A stretch of DNA of 64,000 nucleotides from a virus (Duplodnaviria > Caudoviricetes), in IMG/VR virus record IMGVR_UViG_3300042562_000747, positions 1 to 64,000 of that record; one strand, written 5' to 3'. Made by a program: the position numbers and the translations under genes. This document shows positions 19,678 through 30,020 of the stretch, piece after piece. Every line of letters starts with the position of its first letter. Within the stretch, counting starts at the first letter, position 1. The notes beneath the pieces are model-generated. The model worked only from the letters and a program-made list of their open reading frames with translations. It did no database searches and was not told the origin of the DNA.

Positions 19678-20646
19678 TTAAAATGTTTGTGCGTATCCTA
19701 ACGGAAATCCATTTCTAAATTCAGATGCCATTCTAGGAATCAATACCTGATAGGTTTTCATTAATTCTATAATACCATCATCTAATGTGTATTTTGGTTT
19801 CCAACCGGTTGCTTCTATTTTTGCATTAGATACAATATAATCTCTTTTATCCGGGTCTTCGTAGTAATCATTATATGATATTGCAAAGTCTGGAATATAT
19901 TTTTGAATAGTTTCTAATAATTCTTGTTTAGTTAAATTTGCGTTACTTAATCCAACATTATAAACATTATGTCTCATTTTATCATAATTATTTAATGCCC
20001 ATAAGAATACATTTGCCACATCTTGAATATGAATAAAGTTTCTCTTAAAATGTTTTTCAAATACGGTTATGTATTTATCTGTCATTGCTTTGTATACAAA
20101 TTCATTAACTAATAAATCAGTTCTCATTCTTGGTGATGTACCAAACACAGTTGCTAATCTAAAAATTATTGCTGAACTACATTCTAATAGTAATTTTTCT
20201 GCTGCACATTTACTTTCACCATAAACTGAAATAGGATTTAAAGGTGATTCTTCGGTACATTCTGTTTGTCCTTCACCGATACCATATCCACTATTTGTAT
20301 TTGGATATAATATAATTTGTTCATCAGTAATTGTATCTAATATAGTTTCTATTTGAGTAAAGTTTACTTCCCATGCTAACTTAGGGTCTTTAGCACAAGC
20401 AGGAAAACCTACAATTGCGGCTAATGGAATAATAACATCATGTATTCCTACTTCATGTCTTAATAATCTTTCATTACGAACATCACCATATATAAAATTA
20501 TATTTTTTATTTGTTGTAAATTGTAATGGAGAAATTTGATTGAATGATAAGTTATCTATGACAGTAACACTATGTCCTGCGTTTAACATCTTTTCGGTAA
20601 TTACTGAACCTAAATAACCTGCACCACCTGTAATTAATATTTTCAT
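19678..20646 (-). CDS. NAD-dependent NDP-sugar epimerase/dehydratase
   Basis: TGGAGYLG, YGESK (YxxxK), RLATVFG. Confidence 0.9.
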   Translation of the reverse strand: MKILITGGAGYLGSVITEKMLNAGHSVTVIDNLSFNQISPLQFTTNKKYNFIYGDVRNERLLRHEVGIHDVIIPLAAIVGFPACAKDPKLAWEVNFTQIETILDTITDEQIILYPNTNSGYGIGEGQTECTEESPLNPISVYGESKCAAEKLLLECSSAIIFRLATVFGTSPRMRTDLLVNEFVYKAMTDKYITVFEKHFKRNFIHIQDVANVFLWALNNYDKMRHNVYNVGLSNANLTKQELLETIQKYIPDFAISYNDYYEDPDKRDYIVSNAKIEATGWKPKYTLDDGIIELMKTYQVLIPRMASEFRNGFPLGYAQTF

Positions 20647-21356
20647 TATATTAGAGTTTGTTTTATATTTGTAATATCTGCCGTTTCTAATGAGTTTCCT
20701 GCTAATAATTTATTTAATTTAATTTGAATTGTTTTATTCATAAATTCTTCAATATATGCAAAATTACCATTACCACTTTTATCCCACACTTTAAATCTAT
20801 TTACTTTTGTAAAATCTAAATTAGTAACTATACCTTCATTGTTTGAAACTATAAATTCAGATATTATACCATTAAAATAATATCTTTCATTAGTATCTTT
20901 TAAAAATGGATTCATTACACCAATCCATAGTGGTACATGTGCATAATCGCAAGTTTTATATTTACATTTAACCATTCGTTTTTCACCATTTACTGAAACC
21001 AAAAACATACTGATTCCTTCTACATTTTGAATTTGATAAATAACTTTATATTCTTTATCATATTCAAAATCAAATTCTTCAATATGCATATCATCCGAAA
21101 AATTACCACTTTCAGGATTTGCAGTAAATAATACACATTTTAATTTATTATTATCAATATAAACCCCACTATTTACTATTCCAGGTTTTGCAAAAATATA
21201 TTGTTTTTTTCCATTATTTTGTGCAATAAATGTACAATTTATAATTACAGAATCGTTAAACACCGTTCCCAATAAATTAGGTCGTTTGGATGTATTGTGT
21301 TTAGATTCGTTCCATACACTGCAACAAAAAGTATCTTTAAATTCAAATAGTTCCAT
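20646..21356 (-). CDS. Stand-alone LamG/ConA-like beta-sandwich protein
   Basis: VNG..LWIG..YFNGIISEF..WDKSGNGNFA, matching the LamG inserts of the adjacent GT7 genes. Confidence 0.65.
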   Translation of the reverse strand: MELFEFKDTFCCSVWNESKHNTSKRPNLLGTVFNDSVIINCTFIAQNNGKKQYIFAKPGIVNSGVYIDNNKLKCVLFTANPESGNFSDDMHIEEFDFEYDKEYKVIYQIQNVEGISMFLVSVNGEKRMVKCKYKTCDYAHVPLWIGVMNPFLKDTNERYYFNGIISEFIVSNNEGIVTNLDFTKVNRFKVWDKSGNGNFAYIEEFMNKTIQIKLNKLLAGNSLETADITNIKQTLI

Positions 21357-22747
21357 TATTTCATTTCTTTACATTTGTTATAAAAATCAGCCAATTCAGG
21401 GAATGTTTTTTCAAAATTAGTTCCCCTTCTTTTATCATGCTCACTAAAAAATTTATAAAAATCTTTTCTATGTGCCATTCTATCTTCATCATCGATTGAT
21501 ATAAAATAATCATAAATTCGTCTAATCTTAACGATTTCAACATCACTAAACCCATAACAATTTACATCATCCCTTAATAATTCATAAAATTCAACTAATT
21601 GTGCTTGTTTAAATATTTCGTCCGACCATTCTTTATCTAATATTCTAATAGATTGATGGTTTGGATATCTTAAATATGAACTATCTAATAATAATGGTTG
21701 TTTATAATATCTTAATGCGTTTGTGTGTTTTGCTTTTAGTGAATATACATCATCAATTAATTTACGATACGATGGTACTGATAATGCGTTGTATGTACTC
21801 ATTATATCTACTGTCAGTCTTGGGATATACTGGCATAAATCATCTATTCTATCCATCAATTGATTATATACTAAACCATTTCTAACGTACTCAGCCTGTG
21901 TACCATATCCATCACAACTTGTGTAAATAATTAATTCTTTAACTAATCCTCGATCGGATATAATTTTAAATTTTTCTCTGAATTTTTTATATAACGAATC
22001 GGGTACACCTAAATTTGAATTGATACTTAAACATAAATTCTTATTTGGATTTGGAGAATCAATGATATAATCTAATACTTTCATAGTATCTTTATGCATC
22101 ATAGGTTCACCACCTGTGATTCTAAATGTATATAAATCTTGATACAACTCCGGCCACCATTTCCAAAATGCTTCTACATATGGATTAAATTCACTTTGTG
22201 GGATTGGTATTCTACCACTACTTACAAAATGTTCTAATCCATTAAAATTATCAGATGTTGGGTATCCACCATGTTGTTCAATTTCTTCCATCCATTTTGT
22301 TGAGAATGGTGGTGCACAATATGAACATTTAAAATTACAAGCATTACTGAATGAAACTTCTACATACGAAGGATTTATATTATCTCTCCAATTACTTTGT
22401 TTAATCTTTTCTAAATGTGGAAATGCCCATGGTTCAGACGATTTAAATGTTCTATCACTAAATTGATTTGAACTATCCTCTACACCCCAACAATAATCAC
22501 ATTCTGCCGGCTTCCCACCTTCTAACATTTCTCTTCTTTTTTGTTTTTTGAAGCGTGTATTATGAAGTGCGGAAGGGTCTCTATTTAATTCAGTTGTTGA
22601 TACCTGATGTGTCATCGGATGGTGACAACTATGATTATGTCCAATATGTAAATGCATTGTTACTTGCATCCATTTTGCTAAACAGAATCCTACTCCTACC
22701 GCATTTAATTGTTCTCTTACACTTTCAAATTTTTCGTAACTAGCCAT
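21356..22747 (-). CDS. Radical SAM protein (paralog of 18126)
   Basis: CNFKCSYC, TGGEP, CHHP, CDYCW, DKRRGTNFEKTFPEL. Confidence 0.9.
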   Translation of the reverse strand: MASYEKFESVREQLNAVGVGFCLAKWMQVTMHLHIGHNHSCHHPMTHQVSTTELNRDPSALHNTRFKKQKRREMLEGGKPAECDYCWGVEDSSNQFSDRTFKSSEPWAFPHLEKIKQSNWRDNINPSYVEVSFSNACNFKCSYCAPPFSTKWMEEIEQHGGYPTSDNFNGLEHFVSSGRIPIPQSEFNPYVEAFWKWWPELYQDLYTFRITGGEPMMHKDTMKVLDYIIDSPNPNKNLCLSINSNLGVPDSLYKKFREKFKIISDRGLVKELIIYTSCDGYGTQAEYVRNGLVYNQLMDRIDDLCQYIPRLTVDIMSTYNALSVPSYRKLIDDVYSLKAKHTNALRYYKQPLLLDSSYLRYPNHQSIRILDKEWSDEIFKQAQLVEFYELLRDDVNCYGFSDVEIVKIRRIYDYFISIDDEDRMAHRKDFYKFFSEHDKRRGTNFEKTFPELADFYNKCKEMK

Positions 22748-24189
22748 TATGCTTTACAATTTATTATTACAGAATTATTACCTATTTCATCTACTGATAT
22801 GAGTTCGTATTCTAAACTATTCATACCATCGTTTTTCCAATTATACTTACCTTGTTGCATTTCTAATATATATCTTCTTTCATTTCTTGCAGTTGTTTCA
22901 CCCTTTGCCCATTTATCTACACCACCAACTGTTATTAGACCTTCGGTTTGGTGTGGTAAACATTCAAACTTACCATCTCTACGGAAAGGTAAGATAGTAT
23001 TATTAACTTTCAAAGTATTTTCTTCTTTTATTTCAACATCATTTATTTCGCCATGATTTCCGTTATCACTTAAATCGTTTAATACATTTCCATTTATTGA
23101 ATTAAAATCATAATGTGCCACCATATCATTCGGAAATTCCATTATTTCATTTTCTGATAAACATCTATCCCACATCATAACTTTTGCAATATCACCTTTA
23201 AACCATCTATTAACCTCATCTACTCCTACCGATGGTGTTGTTCCAATATAGTATGGTTCTGTTCCATATCTTTTTAAATACCCACTATATTCTAATGGTG
23301 ATGTTGCACCTGTTCCAAATCTTGCATCACTTTTTTTACCATTGATGTGAAGTGAAATTAATTTATTATCATCATCAACTGTCAATGTTACCCAACTCCA
23401 TTGTTGTTCGTATCTCTTTGCCCATAGGTATAAAAATTCTCTTTCATTATTCCATAACATAGAAGTAAATGCTCTACTATTATTATACGATATACCCCAA
23501 TCATGTCCCGGTCTGCGAAGGATTGGATATTCACAAAATCTTCTATCTGCATCTCCAATTAAATAAATAGGAACTTTCTCCTCTTGTTGATGTGCTCTTA
23601 CTAATATTGAAACCGTATGTGAACGTGAGCATAAATTTCTAATTGAACGAGATGGTTCTATTTTAACATATGATTTTAATCCATCAAAATATCCATACTT
23701 TTGGTTGGTTATATCCGGTAAATAATGTTGTTCTGCATTACCGGTCAATACACATCTCCAAAAAAGGTCATCATCTTCCATACCCCAATCCCAATAATCG
23801 TTTGAGTAACCATTTGTTGCTCCAACTTGTTCTTTTGTAAACAATACTGCACCACCAAAATACTCCTCATATTTAAGGTTATAATCTGTTTGAGATATTC
23901 TTACTGCTAAATGCTTAGGGTTCTCAGGATTGAACGTATAATCACAAGAACTATCCTCTGGTACCATATCTATATCATGCCATACAATATAATCACATCC
24001 ATCATCAAATGCGTGTTTCGCTGCAATGTTTTTCATCTTACCTCTATTGAATAACTTATCATCACATTGATGCGCAAAATATATTTTATGTTCAATACCT
24101 TGTTCTTCTAAGAATTTATGAACTCTAGGTGAAAACTCTTTTAAATGAGCTTCTCTATTTCTATATGGTACACATACTCCTAACTTCAT
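22747..24189 (-). CDS. GT7 (beta-1,4-galactosyltransferase-like) with inserted LamG domain
   Basis: VPYRNR, FNRG, HDIDM, YFGG, NGYSN, WGMEDDD, LamG insert, then DGMNSLEY. Confidence 0.88.
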   Translation of the reverse strand: MKLGVCVPYRNREAHLKEFSPRVHKFLEEQGIEHKIYFAHQCDDKLFNRGKMKNIAAKHAFDDGCDYIVWHDIDMVPEDSSCDYTFNPENPKHLAVRISQTDYNLKYEEYFGGAVLFTKEQVGATNGYSNDYWDWGMEDDDLFWRCVLTGNAEQHYLPDITNQKYGYFDGLKSYVKIEPSRSIRNLCSRSHTVSILVRAHQQEEKVPIYLIGDADRRFCEYPILRRPGHDWGISYNNSRAFTSMLWNNEREFLYLWAKRYEQQWSWVTLTVDDDNKLISLHINGKKSDARFGTGATSPLEYSGYLKRYGTEPYYIGTTPSVGVDEVNRWFKGDIAKVMMWDRCLSENEIMEFPNDMVAHYDFNSINGNVLNDLSDNGNHGEINDVEIKEENTLKVNNTILPFRRDGKFECLPHQTEGLITVGGVDKWAKGETTARNERRYILEMQQGKYNWKNDGMNSLEYELISVDEIGNNSVIINCKA

Positions 24190-25598
24190 AGTTTAACTGA
24201 AATTTTTATTGCTTTTTCTGAAAGTTTGTTACTTTCTATTTCTTTATATATGCAGGTGTTTAATCCATCTATTGATAAATCTACTATATTACCTTTCATT
24301 TCGTTGTAAAATCTTTCTTGATTTTTTCTTGTTTCTGAATGTACCCAATTATTCCCAATTGTTGAATTTGAACTATGTTTTAATGTTTTAAATTTTCCTT
24401 CTCGTCTAATTGGAACTATAATTTCTGTTTCAAATTTATCTACCAATATGTTATCTTCACAATTGTAAATAAATCCATTATTTTTATTGCCACTTAAATC
24501 TTGTATAATATCACCTTTAAAATTTTTAAAATCATAATAACATTTTAAGTATTTTGATTTATCATATTTTCTATAATCATTAATTATAGATTTGTATAAT
24601 GAATTTTCATATACTTCTTTTATGTTATCTAATTCTAATACAATATTCCAAATAGCAAACTCAGCAATTAATCCTTTAAAATAAAATTGTTTAGCATCTA
24701 ATGTTGGATTACCTACCCCAATATAAAAATAATCATTATCATATTCATATATTTGTTCTTTTAATTCTTTGGTATCGATTAGTTCACCATTCATATAAAA
24801 AGAAAATATATCATCTTCTTTTGTAATTACTAAGTGTGACCATACTTCACCAATGATATCACTTTGAATAGATGTTGAAATATCATCTTTAGTCCAAATC
24901 TCACCTTTGTATCGTTTGAATGATGTGTATGATATACCTGTGTTTCTACCTGGTATTGAAGTAATCTGATATTCATCAAACTGCTCTTTTAATGAAGTTT
25001 TACTATCTTCTGGTTTTACTTTAATTGATATTGTAAAATCACCATTAAAAATAGATGCTAGATTTTTGTAAGGAATTTTAATGTAAGATTCTTTACCATC
25101 AAATTTAAAATAATTTATTAAATAGTTTTTATCAGGTATACCTACTGAAATTTTATCCAATGGTATGTTTCTCTGAATACATCTATATAATAAATCATCA
25201 TCTTCAAATCCCCATCCCCAATACTCATTAGAATATCCATTTACTAATTTGTAATCATGCACATTAAATAACGTAACACCACCAAAGTAATCAATGAATG
25301 GTATATCTTTATTAATTTTAGATACTAAATGAATTGGTGTATCCGGATAAGAATAATCTACTCCCTTTAAAGGTAACATATCTACATCGTGTAATGCAAA
25401 ATAATCAAACCCTTCTTTAATTGCAATCCTAGCTCCTACGTTTAAAAGTTTACCTCTATTAAAAGGCTTATCATCACTCTGTTCAATGACAAAGATTTTA
25501 TAATCGTAATCCTTTAAATACTCTTGCATATAAGGAACGAATACTTCTAAATGAGATTTTCTGTCTCTATATGGAACTATTATTGCTAATTTTTTCAT
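24186..25598 (-). CDS. GT7 with inserted LamG domain
   Basis: VPYRDR, PFNRGKLLN, HDVDM, WGFEDDD, LamG insert, DGLN. Confidence 0.88.
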   Translation of the reverse strand: MKKLAIIVPYRDRKSHLEVFVPYMQEYLKDYDYKIFVIEQSDDKPFNRGKLLNVGARIAIKEGFDYFALHDVDMLPLKGVDYSYPDTPIHLVSKINKDIPFIDYFGGVTLFNVHDYKLVNGYSNEYWGWGFEDDDLLYRCIQRNIPLDKISVGIPDKNYLINYFKFDGKESYIKIPYKNLASIFNGDFTISIKVKPEDSKTSLKEQFDEYQITSIPGRNTGISYTSFKRYKGEIWTKDDISTSIQSDIIGEVWSHLVITKEDDIFSFYMNGELIDTKELKEQIYEYDNDYFYIGVGNPTLDAKQFYFKGLIAEFAIWNIVLELDNIKEVYENSLYKSIINDYRKYDKSKYLKCYYDFKNFKGDIIQDLSGNKNNGFIYNCEDNILVDKFETEIIVPIRREGKFKTLKHSSNSTIGNNWVHSETRKNQERFYNEMKGNIVDLSIDGLNTCIYKEIESNKLSEKAIKISVKL

Positions 25599-25819
25599 TA
25601 AGCTTCTCTTTCGGACTCTTTATCTGGTCTTGTAGATGTTCCAACTGCTTTGGTTTTAGCAATATTGTAAAACTCATTCAAATACCATTCTAATCTTGTA
25701 GACCATCCTTTGGTATCTAAATCGTATAACCAATCACTAATGTCTTGTGTAGAGTGTGCAATACTTTCTAATGCTTTTACACCTCTTTCTTCGGTTGTTA
25801 ATTCTTTTTTCTCTGCCAT
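25598..25819 (-). CDS. Hypothetical protein
   Basis: Coupled ORF in the operon. Confidence 0.55.
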   Translation of the reverse strand: MAEKKELTTEERGVKALESIAHSTQDISDWLYDLDTKGWSTRLEWYLNEFYNIAKTKAVGTSTRPDKESEREA

Positions 25820-25831
25820 TTTATTTGTTTT

Positions 25832-26137
25832 TTAATAATTTAATAATTTAGTTATAACTTCTGCAAATGCTTTATTTTCATGTCCATCTTCCCAAACTTT
25901 ATCTTTAATTTGTTTTAATTTTTCTCTTTCTATTACAAATTTATCATATTGAATTACATAATCAAATGTATTAGAACCATCTTTATGATACATCTTCATT
26001 AATCCCTCAATATTTAAAATCAATTTAGGTAGAAAAAATCCAAAGTCTCCTTTTGTTTCTTTCATCACTTCTAATTCCTGTGCAATTGCTTCTAATTTTT
26101 TTACAAATGCCTCATTTTTTAATAACTTGTTTATCAT
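25832..26137 (-). CDS. Hypothetical protein
   Basis: Likely start MINKLL (ATGA overlap at 26134-26137). Confidence 0.55.
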   Translation of the reverse strand: MINKLLKNEAFVKKLEAIAQELEVMKETKGDFGFFLPKLILNIEGLMKMYHKDGSNTFDYVIQYDKFVIEREKLKQIKDKVWEDGHENKAFAEVITKLLNY

Positions 26138-27615
26138 AAAATTATTTTTAACCATTCGGTTTGTTTATCAAATGTTTCTTGTTTAATTAATTTAAATTTT
26201 AAATTATTTAATCCTATCTTAGTAGTAGAAAACTTTTCAGTTAATATATCATTAAAAAATATTAATCCATTTTCAATAATATCAGGATCAAATGATTTAA
26301 ATCGATTAACAATATCGGTATCATTCTCATGTGGTAATGATTGAAAGTTTGCTTCAATTCTTTTTGGTAATTTTATTTTAGAAGTTTTTATTATTTCATC
26401 GTTTAAAAGATATTCTGAATAATTACTACCATGTGTGTTATACAATGTAGAATGATTGTGATGCTTACTACCATCCATTACAAAGTTTTTATAAAAATTA
26501 TTAAACTGATATTTTAACGTTGGTTCAAATTGTGTTTGTAACTTTCTATTATTAATCAATCCATTTAAATATAAATTTTTGATTTCCGAATCACTTAGTG
26601 TATAATCAAACATATAAAGATTAGCCAATTTACCTCTAAACATATTTTTACCATGTGAACCACATCCAATATAAATTTTATCTTTTGTATAATCCCACAA
26701 TGGTAATTCAAATTGTGTTAGTGTATCTACTTTTTTATTTTCTTCAAACGTATCTACAATCAATCTTAATTTATTTGAATCAAAATCAACATTACATACA
26801 ATATGATGCCATTGATTTGGTTTTAATTTTCTATAATTAAAATAATATTTATTATCTTTTCCCCAAAAATTAAATCGTAATGTGTTGTCTGGTTGAATTG
26901 AAATACCACTATTGAATCCAGGAAATGAAACTACATATTGTTCCTCTTTAACAAAATCATCAAAGTTAATCCAAGCTGATATTGTAAATGAATCGGTTGT
27001 AATTCCTTTTAAGAATTTATTTGGTAATACTTCCATTTGAGTTTCACCATCAAATTTTAAATACGATACTTTTTCTTTTTTAATTGAATCTGTAATTCTT
27101 AGTCTATCTATTTCATATTCAGTATCTACTCTTGGGTAAATGTATTCTGAATCTAATTTAACACCGGCTTTTTCCATTCTAAATAATAAATCTAAATCAG
27201 CATATCCCCATCCATAATATTCATTTGAATATCCATTTACTAAAATAAAATCTTCTTTTGGAATTATTAATACACCACCTAAATATTGTAAATAAGGTAA
27301 CGTATTTTCATGTACTTGCACTCGCGTTGCTAAATGTGTTGGATATTGTTTATAAGAATAATCGGCCTTATCGGATGATGGTAACATATCAACATCGTGA
27401 AAACAAAAATAATCATATTCATCTTTTAGTAAATGAAATGCCGAATTACATAACTTACCATAATTAAAGGGTTTATCATCCGATTGTTCAATTACAAATA
27501 TTTTATAATCAATATTTTTATCTTTTAAAAACGATTGTATATGTGGCAAGAAAATATCGAGATGTTCTCTCCTATCTCTATATGGTACTACAATTGCTAA
27601 TTTATGATTACTCAT
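26134..27615 (-). CDS. GT7 with inserted LamG domain, altered catalytic motif
   Basis: VPYRDR, HDVDM, WGYADLD instead of WGxEDDD; start MSNHK just after a promoter. Confidence 0.85.
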   Translation of the reverse strand: MSNHKLAIVVPYRDRREHLDIFLPHIQSFLKDKNIDYKIFVIEQSDDKPFNYGKLCNSAFHLLKDEYDYFCFHDVDMLPSSDKADYSYKQYPTHLATRVQVHENTLPYLQYLGGVLIIPKEDFILVNGYSNEYYGWGYADLDLLFRMEKAGVKLDSEYIYPRVDTEYEIDRLRITDSIKKEKVSYLKFDGETQMEVLPNKFLKGITTDSFTISAWINFDDFVKEEQYVVSFPGFNSGISIQPDNTLRFNFWGKDNKYYFNYRKLKPNQWHHIVCNVDFDSNKLRLIVDTFEENKKVDTLTQFELPLWDYTKDKIYIGCGSHGKNMFRGKLANLYMFDYTLSDSEIKNLYLNGLINNRKLQTQFEPTLKYQFNNFYKNFVMDGSKHHNHSTLYNTHGSNYSEYLLNDEIIKTSKIKLPKRIEANFQSLPHENDTDIVNRFKSFDPDIIENGLIFFNDILTEKFSTTKIGLNNLKFKLIKQETFDKQTEWLKIIL

Positions 27616-27618
27616 ATC

Positions 27619-27650
27619 TAAATGTAACAAATTTTATTTATAAAACCAAA
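27619..27650 (-). promoter_or_regulatory. Bacteroidota-type sigma70 promoter
   Basis: Coding strand TTTG-N20-TACATTTA. Confidence 0.6.
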
Positions 27651-28490
27651 TTAAACTGACTGAATTATTTTGAAGATTATCCGCCATAAACTATAACCCA
27701 ATACACCCGCATCTTCAATCATAAATCTCTCATCATAAATATCAATTTTAAAATTATTTGATTTTAATGCATCATACATTATTTGATATTCTTTTGAATA
27801 GGCGTAATCTTTTTTGATATCTGCCACTGCTTTAATTCGTTCTACACAAGTTGAATCCCATTTAAAATGATGAACTTGTACATTGTATTCATTTGTTGGT
27901 GCTATTAATGGATGATTCCAACCTTGCCATTTCCAAGTTGTTTGTCCATCTATTATTGCATAGTGTTGACCTGGTGTAATTTCTACCCATCCTTTCATTA
28001 TACACATTTTATTTGGACATGCATTACTCAATGGATAACGAAAGCATCCTGCTAATGGAAATTGTTCAAATATATTTATATCTTCTTTTAATTCTGGAAA
28101 TTCACCATCCCTACCAATTCTGTCAACAAATCCACCTCTAACCATTACCCATCCATTCGATTCACATTCATCTATAATTGTATTTAAATCTTTTGAATAT
28201 ACATGAAACTCGTCATCATCTGATACTATCCACCAATCATCAGGATACATCATTTTTATTTCATTATACAATTTAGTTACATATTCCCAATTGAATTTTT
28301 CTTTATAAACTCTCTTTACTATTTTTGCCGTTGGAAATTGTGAAACAATATCATTTACTGCTTCGTATAAACTTTTTCCTTCCCATTCATATACCACCAC
28401 ATACATTTCATCTACTAAATCTTTATAGTGATTTAGCATATGTTTTAATGTTGATGTTCTACTACCTGTAACTGTAACTAATCTTTTCAT
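27651..28490 (-). CDS. GT-A/GT2-like glycosyltransferase
   Basis: WWIVSDDDEF (DxD), VHHFKW. Confidence 0.75.
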   Translation of the reverse strand: MKRLVTVTGSRTSTLKHMLNHYKDLVDEMYVVVYEWEGKSLYEAVNDIVSQFPTAKIVKRVYKEKFNWEYVTKLYNEIKMMYPDDWWIVSDDDEFHVYSKDLNTIIDECESNGWVMVRGGFVDRIGRDGEFPELKEDINIFEQFPLAGCFRYPLSNACPNKMCIMKGWVEITPGQHYAIIDGQTTWKWQGWNHPLIAPTNEYNVQVHHFKWDSTCVERIKAVADIKKDYAYSKEYQIMYDALKSNNFKIDIYDERFMIEDAGVLGYSLWRIIFKIIQSV

Positions 28491-29245
28491 TATTTTTTTC
28501 TTACTAATGTTAATCCTGTTGATGCCGGTTTGTTTTTTTGAATACCAAAGTTAAATAAATCAAACACTTGCCATTTATCTGTATCTATTTCTTTTGCCAA
28601 TTGTATAGGTCCTTTCCAATCATCAAAATCACCCCTATCTTTAACCTCATTTGTCACTATGTATTTATCTGCATAATTAGGGTCAGTATCGTGAATTGAT
28701 ATAATACCATTTTCACTCATTAACTGAGAATATAAGTCAAAATCTTCTTTTACATTTTCATAACTATGTCCTGCATCAATATGCAAATAATCAATCTTAA
28801 TATCATTTAATATAAAGAAATTATGAAACGCATTTGCAGTTGTATCGTTTATAATTCTTGGTGAAAACAATCTTCTAAAAAATGATTCTTCTTTTAACCA
28901 ATTCACATTACCACCAATACCATTTGCTGCATCTACAATATATGTAGTACCAATATCACCCCAACTTTTATCATTATTACCTTCAAATATATTTTGAGAA
29001 TGCAAATCCATTTTAGCCTGCGTCATAATTCTAGGTATAAATCCGCCACCACTACCTAAACATACACATACTTTTGCTCTCATATATTGAATCAACGAAT
29101 AAATAATTAATCCATCACCCAAATGGTCATCCGTTGCACCATGTGACCAACGATATGGAACATTAATTAAAACCTGGTCTCCATACTCATCTATTTCTTG
29201 ATTATTAGAAATAAATTCTTTTATGTAATCTTTATTTGTTATCAT
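28490..29245 (-). CDS. Class I SAM-dependent methyltransferase (Methyltransf_24-like)
   Basis: LGSGGG, IDYLHIDAGHSYE, GIISIHD. Confidence 0.85.
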   Translation of the reverse strand: MITNKDYIKEFISNNQEIDEYGDQVLINVPYRWSHGATDDHLGDGLIIYSLIQYMRAKVCVCLGSGGGFIPRIMTQAKMDLHSQNIFEGNNDKSWGDIGTTYIVDAANGIGGNVNWLKEESFFRRLFSPRIINDTTANAFHNFFILNDIKIDYLHIDAGHSYENVKEDFDLYSQLMSENGIISIHDTDPNYADKYIVTNEVKDRGDFDDWKGPIQLAKEIDTDKWQVFDLFNFGIQKNKPASTGLTLVRKK

Positions 29246-30020
29246 TTAATAATTTATTTTTATGATATAACTGAACATTTTTTAATGTATCTTCGTTTAT
29301 TTTATAAAATGTGTTTGGCATTAATATTGGTTTTATTTTATCAATATACCAATGATAATATACAATTGAATTAAAATGTAAATCGTATTTTGAAATATAA
29401 GCTGAGTATAAATTATCTGAATCTTTGTTTAGATAGTTTTCTAACATTCCATCTAATTTAGAATCATTATTAGTTAAAAAATATTCTTTTATTTTATTTA
29501 CTTCTAATTCAAAATTTATTTCCTTTAACCCATAGTGTTTGAATATATCCTGTTGAAAAAAGAAATTAAATGAAATATTTTTTTGTTTTATAAAATTTGC
29601 TAACTCATTTATATCATTTAATGTTTTTTTAATATATTCAAATTTGTTTAAAATTGGTTTATTTAAATCAAAATAATCATCTTGTAATTCTTTTGTTATC
29701 ATTTTAGTTTTATCCATTGATAACATATTTCTAAAAAAATAAGTAAATTGAATTCCACAATATATTAAATCTGCATCTATTCCTTTTTGTAATAATTCTT
29801 CAATTTTAGTTTTTATTCTGTCTATTATATAATGATTTCCGGCCGAAGGTCTTCCTAAATAATAAAATTTATATTCTATATTATTTTCTCGATATTCATC
29901 TTCTAAAAAATGAAACCAATTACCATTATCCATATTAATAATTTGTTCTGGTGTTTTGGTTTTTTTTAATTCATTTGTATAATAACTAAATGAATCCCCC
30001 GCTACTATTATATGTTTCAT
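29232..30020 (-). CDS. SGNH-fold protein
   Basis: GDSFS, SAGN, DLH. Confidence 0.6.
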   Translation of the reverse strand: MKHIIVAGDSFSYYTNELKKTKTPEQIINMDNGNWFHFLEDEYRENNIEYKFYYLGRPSAGNHYIIDRIKTKIEELLQKGIDADLIYCGIQFTYFFRNMLSMDKTKMITKELQDDYFDLNKPILNKFEYIKKTLNDINELANFIKQKNISFNFFFQQDIFKHYGLKEINFELEVNKIKEYFLTNNDSKLDGMLENYLNKDSDNLYSAYISKYDLHFNSIVYYHWYIDKIKPILMPNTFYKINEDTLKNVQLYHKNKLLNDNK

